Below, piece after piece: positions 45,138-61,278 of a stretch of DNA of 64,000 bases. The translations under genes and the position numbers were made by a program. Every line of letters starts with the position of its first letter. Within the stretch, counting starts at the first letter, position 1. A model generated the notes under the pieces. It had not been told where the DNA came from. It saw only the letters and a program-made list of their open reading frames with translations, and did no database searches. This DNA is from an uncultured Eubacteriales bacterium (GTDB taxonomy: Bacteria > Bacillota > Clostridia > Christensenellales > Aristaeellaceae), in contig CADAQF010000008.1 of assembly GCA_902790015.1 (NCBI GenBank), positions 13,920 to 77,919 of the forward strand, given 5' to 3'.

Positions 45138-46343
45138 ATGGCAGCAACCAGAAAGAACACAGCACAGGCCCCGGCCAAGTCCGATATCCTGGACGCGGTG
45201 GTCATGCTGGCCCGTGAAAAGGATATCAGCGAGGACCTAATCATCAGCGCCATCGAGGAGGCCTGCAAGGCCGCCTACCGCAAATCCATCAAAAAAGGCA
45301 GCGCGCCGGCCAATCTGGCCGTCAGCCTCACCAGGCAGAAGGGCGTCCAGGTGTTCGCCCGCAAGCTCGTCGTGGACGAGGTGGAGGACGAAGCCAACCA
45401 GATCTCCCTGGACGACGCCCGCCGGATCGCTCCCTCCTGCCAGATCGACGATATCGTGGAGATGGACGTGACCCCCTCTGATTTCGGCCGCGTCGCCGCC
45501 ATGAGCGCCAAGCAGGTCATCATGCAGCGTCTGCGCGAGGCCGAGCACGGCCGCGTCTATGACGAAATGGTCGACAAGGAAAACGAGATCCTGACCGGCA
45601 TCGTTCTCAAGGCGGACGCCCGTTCGGTTCTGCTGGAGCTGGGCCGCACCCAGGGCATCATGGAAGCGGGCGATTTCATGCCCGGCGAGGAATACCACGA
45701 GGGTGATCACCTGAAGGTCTATGTCCTGCAGGTCCCGCCGCCCAGCCGCACCGGCGCCGCCGCGCAGATCCGCGTTTCCCGCTGCCACACGGGGCTGGTC
45801 AAGCGCCTGTTTGAAATGGAAGTGCCCGAGATCGCGGCCGGCGTGGTGCTGATCAAGTCCATCGCCCGGGAAGCCGGCAGCCGCACCAAGATTGCCGTCC
45901 ACTCCGTGGACCCCAACATCGACCCGGTCGGCGCCTGCGTCGGTCCGCGCGGCAGCCGCGTGGACAGGGTGGTGCAGGAACTCAGGAACGAAAAGATCGA
46001 CATTATCAAATGGTCCTCCGAGCCGGCCGAGTTCGTGGCCAACGCCCTGAACCCCGCCCATGTGACCAGCGTGTTTGTTTCCGACGCCGAAAAGATCTGC
46101 CGCGTGGTCGTGCCGGACAGCCAGCTTTCCCTGGCCATCGGCAAGGAAGGGCAGAACGCCCGCCTGGCCGCCAAGCTCACCACCTGGAAGATCGACATCA
46201 AGTCCCAGACCCAGGTGTCCGAGCTCATTCAGCTCCAGCAGCAGAGCGGCGTGGGCATGCCGGAAACCACCGGCTCCGTCGTTCCGGACGACGAGGAGGA
46301 TTACGAACTTCCCTCCCTGCCGGAGGATGACGACATCCTGTAA
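45138..46343 (+). CDS. nusA: transcription termination/antitermination factor NusA
   Basis: S1 domain (GIVLKADARSVLLELG...), KH1/KH2 (...REAGSRTKIAVHS...DPVGACVGPRGSRV...AIGKEGQNARLAAKLTTWKIDI). ATG at 45138 has better RBS spacing than 45132. Confidence 0.95.
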   Translation: MAATRKNTAQAPAKSDILDAVVMLAREKDISEDLIISAIEEACKAAYRKSIKKGSAPANLAVSLTRQKGVQVFARKLVVDEVEDEANQISLDDARRIAPSCQIDDIVEMDVTPSDFGRVAAMSAKQVIMQRLREAEHGRVYDEMVDKENEILTGIVLKADARSVLLELGRTQGIMEAGDFMPGEEYHEGDHLKVYVLQVPPPSRTGAAAQIRVSRCHTGLVKRLFEMEVPEIAAGVVLIKSIAREAGSRTKIAVHSVDPNIDPVGACVGPRGSRVDRVVQELRNEKIDIIKWSSEPAEFVANALNPAHVTSVFVSDAEKICRVVVPDSQLSLAIGKEGQNARLAAKLTTWKIDIKSQTQVSELIQLQQQSGVGMPETTGSVVPDDEEDYELPSLPEDDDIL

Positions 46344-46355
46344 GGAGTTTCCCCA

Positions 46356-46637
46356 ATGAAGACCAAGAAGGTCCCGCTGCGGATGTGCCTGGGCTGCCGC
46401 GAAATGAAACCCAAAAAGGAACTGATCCGCGTGGTGCACGGGCCGGACGGCTCCGTCTCGGTGGATCTGACCGGCCGCAAGGCGGGCCGGGGCGCGTATC
46501 TGTGCCCCCGGGAAGACTGCCTTGCCCGCGCACTCAAACAAAAGCAGATCGAACGCGCTTTTTCCTGCCGGCTGAGTCCGGAAACGGAAGAGGACCTGCG
46601 TCAGGCCGTGGCCGGACTTCAGGAGCCTACGGCATGA
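46356..46637 (+). CDS. ylxR: YlxR/RnpM family RNA-binding protein (DUF448)
   Basis: VPLRMCLGCREMKPKKELIRVV...GRGAYLCP signature. Confidence 0.9.
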   Translation: MKTKKVPLRMCLGCREMKPKKELIRVVHGPDGSVSVDLTGRKAGRGAYLCPREDCLARALKQKQIERAFSCRLSPETEEDLRQAVAGLQEPTA

Positions 46638-46945
46638 ACCGCGCGCAGGTGAAGGGCCTGCTGGGCCTGTGCGCGCGGGCCGGGCAGATCGTTCTGGGCA
46701 CGGATCAGGCGCTGAAGCTTGTCCGCAGGGGAGGGGCCGCCTGCCTGCTGGTGGACGGCCAGGCCGCGGAAAACACCAAAAAGAAGCTGCGGGACGCTTC
46801 CCTTTCCCACGCGTCGCCGCTGTATGAACTGCCCGCCGGGCTTCTGGACGAGGCCTGCGGTCAATCCGGCCGCATGGGGGCCGCCCTCAGGGAGGGCACG
46901 CTTTCCCGGCAGCTGATAACGCTTTTAGAACCGGCAAACCAATAA
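46634..46945 (+). CDS. L7Ae-family ribosomal-protein-like protein (YlxQ type)
   Basis: ATGA overlap with ylxR. GLLGLCARAGQIVLGTDQALKLVRRGGAACLLVDGQAAENTKKKL. Canonical position between ylxR and infB. Confidence 0.85.
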   Translation: MNRAQVKGLLGLCARAGQIVLGTDQALKLVRRGGAACLLVDGQAAENTKKKLRDASLSHASPLYELPAGLLDEACGQSGRMGAALREGTLSRQLITLLEPANQ

Positions 46946-46990
46946 AGATCCCAATTACTTCAACGCTATGTGCGGGGGTGCAGACGTCGA

Positions 46991-49897
46991 ATGGCGACCA
47001 AATTAAAACTGGCGGAAGCCACCAAGGAGCTCAGCCAAAAGGCTGAATCAATGCTGGAGAATGCCGGCAGGGTCCGCAGGAACCTGGACGGCGTGATCCA
47101 GGGGCTCCGCAAGAAAAAGAACCTCTTCATGCGCCAGGAGGCGGAGGAGCAGGCACGCAAAAAGCTGGAGGAGCAGCAGCTGCTGATGAGCCAGCACACC
47201 AAGGCATGGGTGATGATGGACGACGAGCAGCAGGCTGCCCTGGAAACCGCCAGGCAGGAAGCGGCCGCCGCCGCTGCGGCCGCAGAGGCCGCCCGGCCCG
47301 TTGCGCCCGAGCCTGAACCCGTGCAGCCGGAAAAGCCCGCGCCTGAGGCGCAGCCGGTCCCGGCTGCGGCGGCCCCCGCCGAGGAAAAACCTGCCCCGGC
47401 CCCCGCTGAGGAAAAGCCCGCTGCCGGCCCCGCCGAGGCCGCGCCGGAAAAGCCCGCGCCCAAGCCCGCCCAGCAGCGTGCGCCCGAAAAGGCGCCTGCT
47501 ACGCCCGCGGCCAGGCCGGCGCAGCGCCAGCAGCCCACCGGCGTGTTCGCCAACAAGCCCCAGCAGGCTACCGGCGTTTTTGCCAATAAGCAGCAGCCGA
47601 CAGGCGTTTTTGCCAACAAGCAGCAGCCCACCGGCGTGTTCGCCCGCGGCGGCAGCCTGAACCGCGGCGGCCAGGGCCAGGGCGGCTACGGCGCACGTCC
47701 CCAGGGTCAGGGCGGCATGAACCGCGGCCAGGGCCAGGGCGGCTTTGGCGCGCGTCCCCAGGGTCAGGGCGGCATGAACCGCGGCCAGGGCCAGGGCGGC
47801 TACGGCGCGCGTCCCCAGGGTCAGGGCGGCGGCATGAACCGCGGCCAGGGCCAGGGCGGCTTTGGCGCTCGTCCTCAGGGCCAGGGCGGCCCCCGTTCGC
47901 AGGGCGGGCGTTCCCGCGCTGCCGCGCCGGATCTGACGCCCACCATGGAAAAGGAACGCGTCAGCAATTACGATCCCAACAAGAAACAGTACCAGCGCCA
48001 GCACGATCCGGAGCATGTGGCCAAAAACCGCAAGCAGCTCCAGCGTGAAAGCTTCAACGGTCTGGATGACGATATGGTGCGCGGCGGCAAGCGCTCCCGC
48101 GCGACCCGCAAGCCCTCCGCCCAGCAGATGATGGCCCCCATCAAGATCGACAAGGCCTACATGACTGCGGACACCATCACCGTCAAGGACCTGACCGAGC
48201 GTATCGGCAAGCCCGCCGGCGAGATCCTCAAAAAGCTGCTCATGCTGGGCATCATGTCCAACATCAACAGCGAGCTCGATTTTGACACCGCTTCCCTGGT
48301 CTGCGCCGAGTTTGGCGTCACCCTGGAAATGAAGCAGGAAAAGACCGCCGAGGACGTCCTGAGCGACACCAACGTGGAAGACCGCGAGGAAGATCTGAAG
48401 TCCCGTCCGCCGGTGGTCACCATCATGGGCCACGTCGACCACGGCAAGACGACGCTTCTGGACTATATCCGCAAATCCAAGGTGGCCGCAGGCGAAGCGG
48501 GCGGCATCACCCAGCATATCGGCGCGTACACCGTCAAGCTCAACGGCCGTCAGATCACCTTCCTGGACACCCCCGGCCACGAGGCCTTCACCGCCATGCG
48601 TCTGCGCGGCGCGCAGGCTACGGATATCGCCATCCTGGTCGTCGCCGCGGACGACGGCGTAATGCCCCAGACGGTCGAAGCCATCAACCACGCCAAGGCC
48701 GCCAACGTGCCGGTCATCGTCGCCATCAACAAGATGGACAAGGCCGGCGCCAACCCCGACCGCGTCATGCAGGACCTGACCAAGTACGGCCTGGTACCTG
48801 AGGACTGGGGCGGGGAAACCATCATGGTCCCCGTCAGCGCCCTGACCGGCGACGGCGTGGACGATCTGCTGGAAATGGTCCTTTTGCAGGCGGACGTGCT
48901 GAACCTCCGCGCCAATCCGGACCGTATGGCGGTCGGCGTCATCATCGAGGCCAAGCTGGATAAGTCCCGCGGCCCGCTGGCCACGGTGCTGCTCAAAAAC
49001 GGTACCCTCCGCGTGGGCGACAATATCGTCGCCGGCATGGCCGCCGGCCGCGTGCGCGCCCTGATGAACGACCGGGGCGAACGCGTCAAGTCCGCCGGTC
49101 CCTCCATGCCTGTGGAAATCGCCGGCTTTGAAGACGTTCCCGTCGCCGGCGAGGAAATGATCGCCGTCGAGGACGACCGTCTGTCCCGCCAGGTCGCGCA
49201 GGAACGCCGCGACAAGCAGAAGGCCTCCCGCCAGGCATCCGCCAAGGTCTCGCTGGAAAACCTGTTCGCGGGCATCTCCGAGGGCAAGGTGCAAAACCTC
49301 AACGTCATCATCAAGGCCGACGTGCAGGGCTCCGTGGAGGCCGTCAAGCAGTCTTTGGAAAAGCTTTCCAACGACCAGGTCAAGGTGCACGTCCTGCACA
49401 GCGCCGTAGGCGCCATCTCGCAGGATGACGTCAACCTCGCCTCTGCTTTCAACGCCATCATCATCGGCTTCAATATCCGTCCCGACGCCGCGGCCCGCGC
49501 CTCCGCCGAAAAGGAAGGCATCGACATCCGGCTCTACCGCATCATCTACCAGGCCATCGAGGATATCGAGAAGGCCATGAAGGGCATGCTCGCGCCGGAG
49601 TTCAGGGAAGTCATCCTGGGCCACGCGCAGGTGCGCAATGTGTTCCATATCACCGGTGCCGGCACCATCGCCGGCGGCTACGTGACCGACGGCAAGCTGA
49701 CCCGCAACGCCAGCGTCCGCCTGCTGCGCGACAACGTGGTGGTGTTCGAGGGCAAGCTGTCCTCCCTGCGCCGCTTCAAGGACGACGTGCACGATGTGGC
49801 CACCGGCTACGAATGCGGCATCAGCCTCGAAAAATACAGCGACATCAAGGAAAACGACATCATCGAATGCTTCGACATGGAAAAGGTGGAGGCGTGA
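46991..49897 (+). CDS. infB: translation initiation factor IF-2
   Basis: GTPase core [20 protein letters not shown]...[12 protein letters not shown]...AINKMD. Long repetitive N-terminal region. ATG at 46991 chosen. Confidence 0.95.
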   Translation: MATKLKLAEATKELSQKAESMLENAGRVRRNLDGVIQGLRKKKNLFMRQEAEEQARKKLEEQQLLMSQHTKAWVMMDDEQQAALETARQEAAAAAAAAEAARPVAPEPEPVQPEKPAPEAQPVPAAAAPAEEKPAPAPAEEKPAAGPAEAAPEKPAPKPAQQRAPEKAPATPAARPAQRQQPTGVFANKPQQATGVFANKQQPTGVFANKQQPTGVFARGGSLNRGGQGQGGYGARPQGQGGMNRGQGQGGFGARPQGQGGMNRGQGQGGYGARPQGQGGGMNRGQGQGGFGARPQGQGGPRSQGGRSRAAAPDLTPTMEKERVSNYDPNKKQYQRQHDPEHVAKNRKQLQRESFNGLDDDMVRGGKRSRATRKPSAQQMMAPIKIDKAYMTADTITVKDLTERIGKPAGEILKKLLMLGIMSNINSELDFDTASLVCAEFGVTLEMKQEKTAEDVLSDTNVEDREEDLKSRPPVVTIMGHVDHGKTTLLDYIRKSKVAAGEAGGITQHIGAYTVKLNGRQITFLDTPGHEAFTAMRLRGAQATDIAILVVAADDGVMPQTVEAINHAKAANVPVIVAINKMDKAGANPDRVMQDLTKYGLVPEDWGGETIMVPVSALTGDGVDDLLEMVLLQADVLNLRANPDRMAVGVIIEAKLDKSRGPLATVLLKNGTLRVGDNIVAGMAAGRVRALMNDRGERVKSAGPSMPVEIAGFEDVPVAGEEMIAVEDDRLSRQVAQERRDKQKASRQASAKVSLENLFAGISEGKVQNLNVIIKADVQGSVEAVKQSLEKLSNDQVKVHVLHSAVGAISQDDVNLASAFNAIIIGFNIRPDAAARASAEKEGIDIRLYRIIYQAIEDIEKAMKGMLAPEFREVILGHAQVRNVFHITGAGTIAGGYVTDGKLTRNASVRLLRDNVVVFEGKLSSLRRFKDDVHDVATGYECGISLEKYSDIKENDIIECFDMEKVEA
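47528..47647 (+). repeat. in-frame tandem repeat (about 30-33 nt x4) inside infB
   Basis: Encodes [10 protein letters not shown] / [11 protein letters not shown] / [10 protein letters not shown] / QQPTGVFAR. The copies differ mostly at synonymous sites. Confidence 0.85.
47660..47890 (+). repeat. in-frame tandem repeat (about 57-60 nt x4) inside infB
   Basis: Encodes [20 protein letters not shown]-type units (alternating Y/F). Confidence 0.85.
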
Positions 49898-50092
49898 TTC
49901 CACTCAGTTTCCGCCGGGCATCCGCTGAATAATTCCCCGGGCCGGCAGGCTCTGAGTAGTTGTCAGCGAAGGAAGGGCCGGCTGGCCCCCGGGTTCCCGC
50001 CGGAATCGACTGCTTCGGCGAAACAGGCTTTTTGCCAGGCAGGATGAGGTTTTGCACTGCATCTGATCATCATCATTTCATAAGGAGTACAA

Positions 50093-50455
50093 GTGGCAAG
50101 CTTTCGCATCGACAGGATCTCCGAGGAGGTCCGCACGGCAGTGGACAACGCGATCCGCTCCATGAACGACCCCCGTGTCACCGGTACCTATTCGGTGACC
50201 CGCGCGGATGTCACGCGGGACCTCAGGTACGCCAAAGTCTACGTGAGTGTCCTGGAGGAGGATAAGGCGGCCGATCTGCTCAAGGCCCTTAAAAGCGCCT
50301 CGGGCTATCTGCGCCGTGAGCTGGGCCGTCAGGTGGATCTGCGCTACACGCCGGAGCTTCTCTTCGAGCTGGACCGCAATATCGCCTACGGCGCCCATAT
50401 TTCGGAAATTCTCAACCGCATCGCCCCGGAAAGCCGGGAAAAGGAACAGGAATGA
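50093..50455 (+). CDS. rbfA: ribosome-binding factor A
   Basis: GTG start after AAGGAG. RIDRISEEVRTAVDNAI...DPRVTGTYSVTRADVTRDLRYAKVYVSV...LRYTPELLFELD. Confidence 0.9.
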   Translation: MASFRIDRISEEVRTAVDNAIRSMNDPRVTGTYSVTRADVTRDLRYAKVYVSVLEEDKAADLLKALKSASGYLRRELGRQVDLRYTPELLFELDRNIAYGAHISEILNRIAPESREKEQE

Positions 50456-51432
50456 AATCCTTTCAGAATCAGGAGCTGCTGTCCGCGCTCAAGGGCGCGA
50501 ACAGCCTCTTCTTATGTACGCATATCATGCCGGACGGCGACGCCATAGGTTCCATGCTGGCCGCGGGCCTCATCCTGGAAAAGCTGGGCAAGCGGGTCGT
50601 CCTGTCCTGCGCGGACGAGGTGCCCGCCCGTTACCGTTTTCTCCCCGGGGCGGACAGGATCGTTCCTCCCCAGGGCCTTGATCCCGCCTCCTTTGACGCA
50701 GCCCTGAGCCTGGACGCCGCCGACGGCGACCGGGTCGGCGCGTGCGCCGGGATCTGCCGGCAGATCCCCCTGACCCTTCAGGTGGATCATCACGGTACCA
50801 ACCCGCTGTACGCCGCTCTCAACGAAGTGGACGCTTCGGCCCCCGCGGCAGGCGTCATCGTCGCCCGTATGGCGCAGGCCCTCTCCGTCCCGCTGGACCG
50901 GGACATCGCGGTCTGCCTGTATACCGCCATCAGCACGGATACCGGCAATTTCTGCTTCTCCGGGGTGGACGGCGAGACTTTTGAGATCATGGGCCGTCTG
51001 ATGGACACGGGGATGGACATCGTCGCCCCCGCCCGGCAGGTGCATCTGATGCGCAGCCGGGAATATCTGGGGCTGCTTGGCCGCGCGCTGGAGGGAATGA
51101 CCTTCCTTTTCGGCGGTCAGGCCACGCTGACCCGGGTCTCCGCCCGGGATTTTGCCGATTTTAACGCCCTTCCCGAGCACAGTGACGGCATCGTCAACTA
51201 CGGCCTTTACATTCCCGGCATCCGCCTGACGGTCTTTATGGATGCCCATTTGCCCGATCAGACCAAGTTCAGCATCCGCTCCATCGCCCCGGTCAGCGCG
51301 CAGAATATCGCCAAGGCCCTGGGCGGCGGCGGTCATATCGCGGCGGCCGGCTGCACGATGAACATCCCGGCGGACCGGGCGCTGCCCCTGATGCTGGCCG
51401 AAATGGAAAAGGAACTGAAAAGACACGCATGA
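50452..51432 (+). CDS. nrnA: DHH/DHHA1 phosphoesterase (NrnA-like oligoribonuclease/pAp phosphatase)
   Basis: LCTHIMPDGDAIGS, ...DHHGTN..., ...ISTDTGNF..., C-terminal GGGGHIAAAG. Confidence 0.85.
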   Translation: MKSFQNQELLSALKGANSLFLCTHIMPDGDAIGSMLAAGLILEKLGKRVVLSCADEVPARYRFLPGADRIVPPQGLDPASFDAALSLDAADGDRVGACAGICRQIPLTLQVDHHGTNPLYAALNEVDASAPAAGVIVARMAQALSVPLDRDIAVCLYTAISTDTGNFCFSGVDGETFEIMGRLMDTGMDIVAPARQVHLMRSREYLGLLGRALEGMTFLFGGQATLTRVSARDFADFNALPEHSDGIVNYGLYIPGIRLTVFMDAHLPDQTKFSIRSIAPVSAQNIAKALGGGGHIAAAGCTMNIPADRALPLMLAEMEKELKRHA

Positions 51433-52358
51433 ACGGTTTTCTGAACCTTCTGAAGCCGCCGGGCATGTCCTCCGCCGCCGCGGTAGGGCTGGTCAAAAGG
51501 CTGTCCGGCGCCAGGGTCGGCCATGCCGGCACATTGGACCCGGAGGCCTGCGGCGTTCTGCCCGTGATGGTCGGCAAGGCCACCCGCCTCCTTCCTTATT
51601 TCGAGGACAAGGGCAAGGAATACATCGCCCAGATCTGCTTTTCCTGCGCGACGGACACGCAGGACGCCCAGGGCCGCATGACCGAGCCCGGCCGCGGCAT
51701 GCCCTCTGAAGACGAGCTGCTGGCCGTCCTTCCGGAGTTCATGGGGGACATCCTGCAGCGTCCTCCGGCCTATTCCGCCCTCAAGCGGGACGGGCAGCCT
51801 CTTTATGCCCTGGCCCGCCAGGGAAAGACCGTTGAAACGGAGCCCCGTCCCGTCCGAGTGGATGAAATCGAGCTGCTCCATCTGCTCGCGCCGCTTACGG
51901 CCGTCCTCCGCGTCCGCTGCGGCGGCGGCACCTACATCAGGACCCTCTGCCACGACATCGGCCAGCGCCTGGGCCGCCCGGCCCATATGCGCCTGCTCAT
52001 CCGCACCCGTTCGGGCTGTTTTGCCCTGGCGGCCAGCCACACCGTGGAGGAGGTTCAGCGCGCCGCCGAAGCCGGCGCTCTTTCCTCCCTGCTCGCGCCG
52101 ATGGACACCCCCGTGGCCTCCCTCCGCGCGGTATCCCTTTCGGGCAAGGCTCTCCGCCGGGTCCTCAACGGCGTGCGTCTTCCCCTGTCCTCCTTCCCGG
52201 TCGCCGAGGGCGAACGCGTCCGCCTGCTGGGCGACGGGGAACTGATCGGCCTTGGCGAAGGCCGGAATGGTCTGCTTGGCCTCCCTCTCCTCCTGACCGA
52301 CCAGGTGGATTTTCTCTCCCGCCACCCTCACCCTTCCGCCCCCGCAAACGCCGAATGA
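51429..52358 (+). CDS. truB: tRNA pseudouridine(55) synthase
   Basis: NGFLNLLKPPGMSS...VGHAGTLDPEACGVLPVMVGKATRL, ...PPAYSALK..G..LY..AR. ATGA overlap with nrnA. Confidence 0.95.
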   Translation: MNGFLNLLKPPGMSSAAAVGLVKRLSGARVGHAGTLDPEACGVLPVMVGKATRLLPYFEDKGKEYIAQICFSCATDTQDAQGRMTEPGRGMPSEDELLAVLPEFMGDILQRPPAYSALKRDGQPLYALARQGKTVETEPRPVRVDEIELLHLLAPLTAVLRVRCGGGTYIRTLCHDIGQRLGRPAHMRLLIRTRSGCFALAASHTVEEVQRAAEAGALSSLLAPMDTPVASLRAVSLSGKALRRVLNGVRLPLSSFPVAEGERVRLLGDGELIGLGEGRNGLLGLPLLLTDQVDFLSRHPHPSAPANAE

Positions 52359-52551
52359 CCGCCTTGATACCGAGGGAGTGTGCGATGGCAACACCTTTCG
52401 CCCCCCGGAAACGCTGTACGTCCCTCCCCGGCCCTGATCCCGCTGTGCTCCCGCTTAAATGCATTCGTGTCTTTTTGTCTTTCGGATTTCCAGCTTTTCA
52501 GCTTTTCTGCAATTCAGACGACCCATTTGTCATACTTTACAAAAAAAGTGC

Positions 52552-52580
52552 TTGACACTTTGGTCATTCTGTGTTAGAAT
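52552..52580 (+). promoter_or_regulatory. promoter of tRNA-Thr
   Basis: TTGACA, 17 nt, TAGAAT, 13 nt upstream of the mature 5' end. Confidence 0.65.
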
Positions 52581-52593
52581 TCCATCGTTGTCC

Positions 52594-52669
<76 letters not shown>

Positions 52670-52677
52670 GACGAAAG

Positions 52678-52712
52678 CCCCTGATTCCACAAGAGAATCA
52701 GGGGTTTTCTTT
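52678..52712 (+). terminator. rho-independent terminator after tRNA-Thr
   Basis: CCCCTGATTC cacaaga GAATCAGGGG followed by TTTTCTTT. Confidence 0.85.
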
Positions 52713-52922
52713 ATGCCTTGAGCCATGAAATCCTGTGCGTCATTTTAGAAGAAACCATTACCAAAACCCACACCGGCATAAAAAGTATTGAGCAAAGTAT
52801 TGAGCACCCCTTTTTTCCTCACGCTGCGCTGCCGCCTCCTCGCGCGCGTGAGGAATAACTGTGCGCATTCCGGGCGGATTCCACATCTGCACCATGTGCA
52901 AAACCGAAAAGATAAAACCTTT

Positions 52923-54791
<1,869 letters not shown>

Positions 54792-54895
54792 GGCTCCCTT
54801 GCCTCCTGTCAGCGGTTTTGCAGCAAAATGATTTTTGAATTATGCGGCCTCACATTCAAAAAGTCAATGCTTCCGCTGTTCAAAAACCGTTTTTT

Positions 54896-56296
54896 TCATC
54901 GCAGAAAAGCGAGGATTTCCCGGGCCGCCGCTCTTCCGTCAGCCAATGCTTTTACCACCAGTGACTGGCCGTTTCGCATATCACCGGCGGAAAAGAGGTT
55001 GCCGCCCAGATGGTGGGACCCATCCGGGGGCAGGAGCCGTCCCCGGCTGTCGGCTGAGAGGGAAAAGCCGTCAAGTGTTTCATTTTCACAGCCGATAAAA
55101 CCGGCGGCGATCAGAAGCAATCCGCAGGGCATGGTCTTTTCCGACCCCGGGACAGGCAGGAGCTTTCCGTCAGCCTGCTTTTTGAGGCGCACTGTCTTCA
55201 GCGCCGTGATACGGTTTTCTGCGTCCGTCTGGATGCTTTGAACGGTGGTTTCATAGACCCGGGGGTCCACTCCCTGTAAAGCCGCGGCTTCCACCTGGCC
55301 GTAATCGGTGCGAAGGACACGGGGCCATTCGGGCCAGGGGTTCCCGGCGGCGCGCTTTTCAGGGGCCTTCGGCATCATTTCAAGCTGGGTGACGCTCTGG
55401 CAGCCCTGACGCAGCGCGGTGCCCACACAGTCGTTGCCCGTGTCCCCGCCGCCCACCACGACTACATGCTTTCCCCGGGCGGTGATCTCAGGCCCGGCCT
55501 TGGACAGGATGCCCCGGGTAGCAGCGGTGAGATAATCCACGGCAAAATGCACCCCTGCGGCATCCATGTGCTCTACATGGAGGGAACGGGGCTTGCGGGA
55601 GCCGCAGCACAAAAGCACCGCATCGTATGCGCTTAGCAGATCGGGCGCCGCGGAGGTGTTCAGCAGGAAGGAAACGCCTTCTTCTTCCATCAGGCGAATA
55701 CGCCGCGCAATGACCTCCTTGGGCAGCTTCATATTGGGAATACCGTACATGAGCAGCCCGCCGGGACGGTCTGCCCGCTCGATCACAGTGACAAAGTTGC
55801 CTGCCTGGTTCAGCAGGTCTGCCGCTGCCAGTCCCGAGGGCCCGCTGCCCACGACAGCCACCCTTTTTCCTGTGCGGGCCAAAGGGCGGCGGGGCCGGAT
55901 CCAGCCTTTTTCAAACCCGGTCTCGATCAGGTACAGCTCGTTGTCCCGGTTGGTCACGCCATCGTCGGCCAGGTTGCAGGCCTTTTCGCACAGCGCCGGG
56001 CACACCCGGCCGGTAAATTCGGGGAAGGGGGCCGTCATCAGAAGGCGGCTCAGCGCTTCCCGTTCCTGGCCCTGATAAAGCAGGTCGTTCCATTCCGGGA
56101 TCAGGTTGTGCAGGGGACACCCGAAATCCGACTGGCAGAAGGGCACGCCGCAGTCCATGCAGCGCCCCGCCTGGCAGCGCCTTACGTCTATGGGCTGAGG
56201 CGTATGCAGATTGTCAAAATCCCGCAGCCGCTCCAGCGCATCGCGGAAGCGGTTTTCCGTCCGGGGATATTCCATGAATCCTGTGGTCTTGCCCAT
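54896..56296 (-). CDS. gltD: glutamate synthase small subunit (NADPH, GltD type)
   Basis: N-terminal Fe-S region CMDCGVPFCQ...GCPLHNLIPEWN, VAVVGSGPSGLAAA dinucleotide fold, second VVVVGGGDTGNDC. Confidence 0.9.
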   Translation of the reverse strand: MGKTTGFMEYPRTENRFRDALERLRDFDNLHTPQPIDVRRCQAGRCMDCGVPFCQSDFGCPLHNLIPEWNDLLYQGQEREALSRLLMTAPFPEFTGRVCPALCEKACNLADDGVTNRDNELYLIETGFEKGWIRPRRPLARTGKRVAVVGSGPSGLAAADLLNQAGNFVTVIERADRPGGLLMYGIPNMKLPKEVIARRIRLMEEEGVSFLLNTSAAPDLLSAYDAVLLCCGSRKPRSLHVEHMDAAGVHFAVDYLTAATRGILSKAGPEITARGKHVVVVGGGDTGNDCVGTALRQGCQSVTQLEMMPKAPEKRAAGNPWPEWPRVLRTDYGQVEAAALQGVDPRVYETTVQSIQTDAENRITALKTVRLKKQADGKLLPVPGSEKTMPCGLLLIAAGFIGCENETLDGFSLSADSRGRLLPPDGSHHLGGNLFSAGDMRNGQSLVVKALADGRAAAREILAFLR

Positions 56297-56300
56297 ACCG

Positions 56301-60619
<4,319 letters not shown>

Positions 60620-60623
<4 letters not shown>

Positions 60624-61162
60624 TCCTCCGTCCCCTTTGACGATTTCAGGATTTGCGCCGCGTAATCGGCCATTCTGACGCCGTGGTTCATGGCGTACTG
60701 CTGAAGTGTCCGATGGGCTTCGGGCTCGGTGATGCCGTGTTGCTTCATAAGCAGCCGCTTAGCCCGCTCTACCATTTCTTTTTCCGTCCCTGCCCGCCTG
60801 GGCAGCCGCATCTGGTGAAGCTGGGAAAGCATCTGCACTGCTCCTACCAGCGCCTGGGAAGACAGGGGCAGCGGAAGACGGAAAATCTCCGGCGCTTCGC
60901 AGCTTTCCAGCACCAGGGGCTTGGCGATCAGCAGGATCTGGATGCGGTCCCCATAGTCCCACTGAAGCTCGTCCGGCTTACAGCCGGGCAGCAAGCCCAT
61001 CAGCACCACGACGCCATCCTCGCATTCGTTGATGGTGCGCCTGAGCTCGCTCCCGGAAGCGCAGCATCGAAAAACGGCAAAACCGGAGGAAGCCAGCAGC
61101 TGGGAAAGCTTCTCCCTGCTTTCTTCCGCAGCGCTGGCGACGACGATCCTTGCCACTGGCAT
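60620..61162 (-). CDS. ANTAR-domain RNA-binding regulator with degenerate receiver domain
   Basis: C-terminal ERAKRLLMKQHGITEPEAHRTLQQYAMNHGVRMADYAAQIL is an ANTAR motif. The N-terminal CheY-like fold lacks the acidic pair (VVASAAEES) and the phospho-Asp position (VVVLMGLLPG). The stop overlaps the gltB start. Confidence 0.85.
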
Positions 61163-61178
61163 AACCTCCTTTCCGGGC

Positions 61179-61262
61179 GCGGAGTGTGGAGAGCTGAGCT
61201 ATGACTGACGGTGCGATATCTTTTTTCTGTTTGAAATATGACTGTGTTTCTCCACACTCCGC
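61179..61262. repeat. 14-bp perfect inverted repeat spanning the glnA-ANTAR spacer
   Basis: GCGGAGTGTGGAGA (61179-61192) and TCTCCACACTCCGC (61249-61262), 56 nt apart. The loop carries a direct repeat TATGACTG x2. Confidence 0.6.
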
Positions 61263-61278
61263 ATTTTGGTTCACATGG

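Noticed and set aside
49898-50092. The 195-nt gap between infB and rbfA, where some Firmicutes carry a small DUF503 gene, examined for a missed ORF or ncRNA.
   Set aside because: There is no ORF with an RBS in the rbfA direction. I saw only imperfect GC-rich pairings and recognised no conserved RNA motif.
52783-52806. Exact 12-nt tandem duplication AAGTATTGAGCA x2 between tRNA-Thr and the 3' end of glmS.
   Set aside because: It is a single duplication in a non-coding spacer with no associated ORF or structure. It is most simply a slippage or duplication scar.
61163-61278. Canonical ANTAR dual-hairpin target (two stems with AxxGxx hexaloops) in the glnA-ANTAR spacer and in the glnA leader.
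   Set aside because: I found only fragments: GUGU-GGAGAA-ACAC has the wrong loop, and GGC-AAGGGA-GCC has only a 3-bp stem. There is no convincing tandem pair, so no ANTAR site is called.
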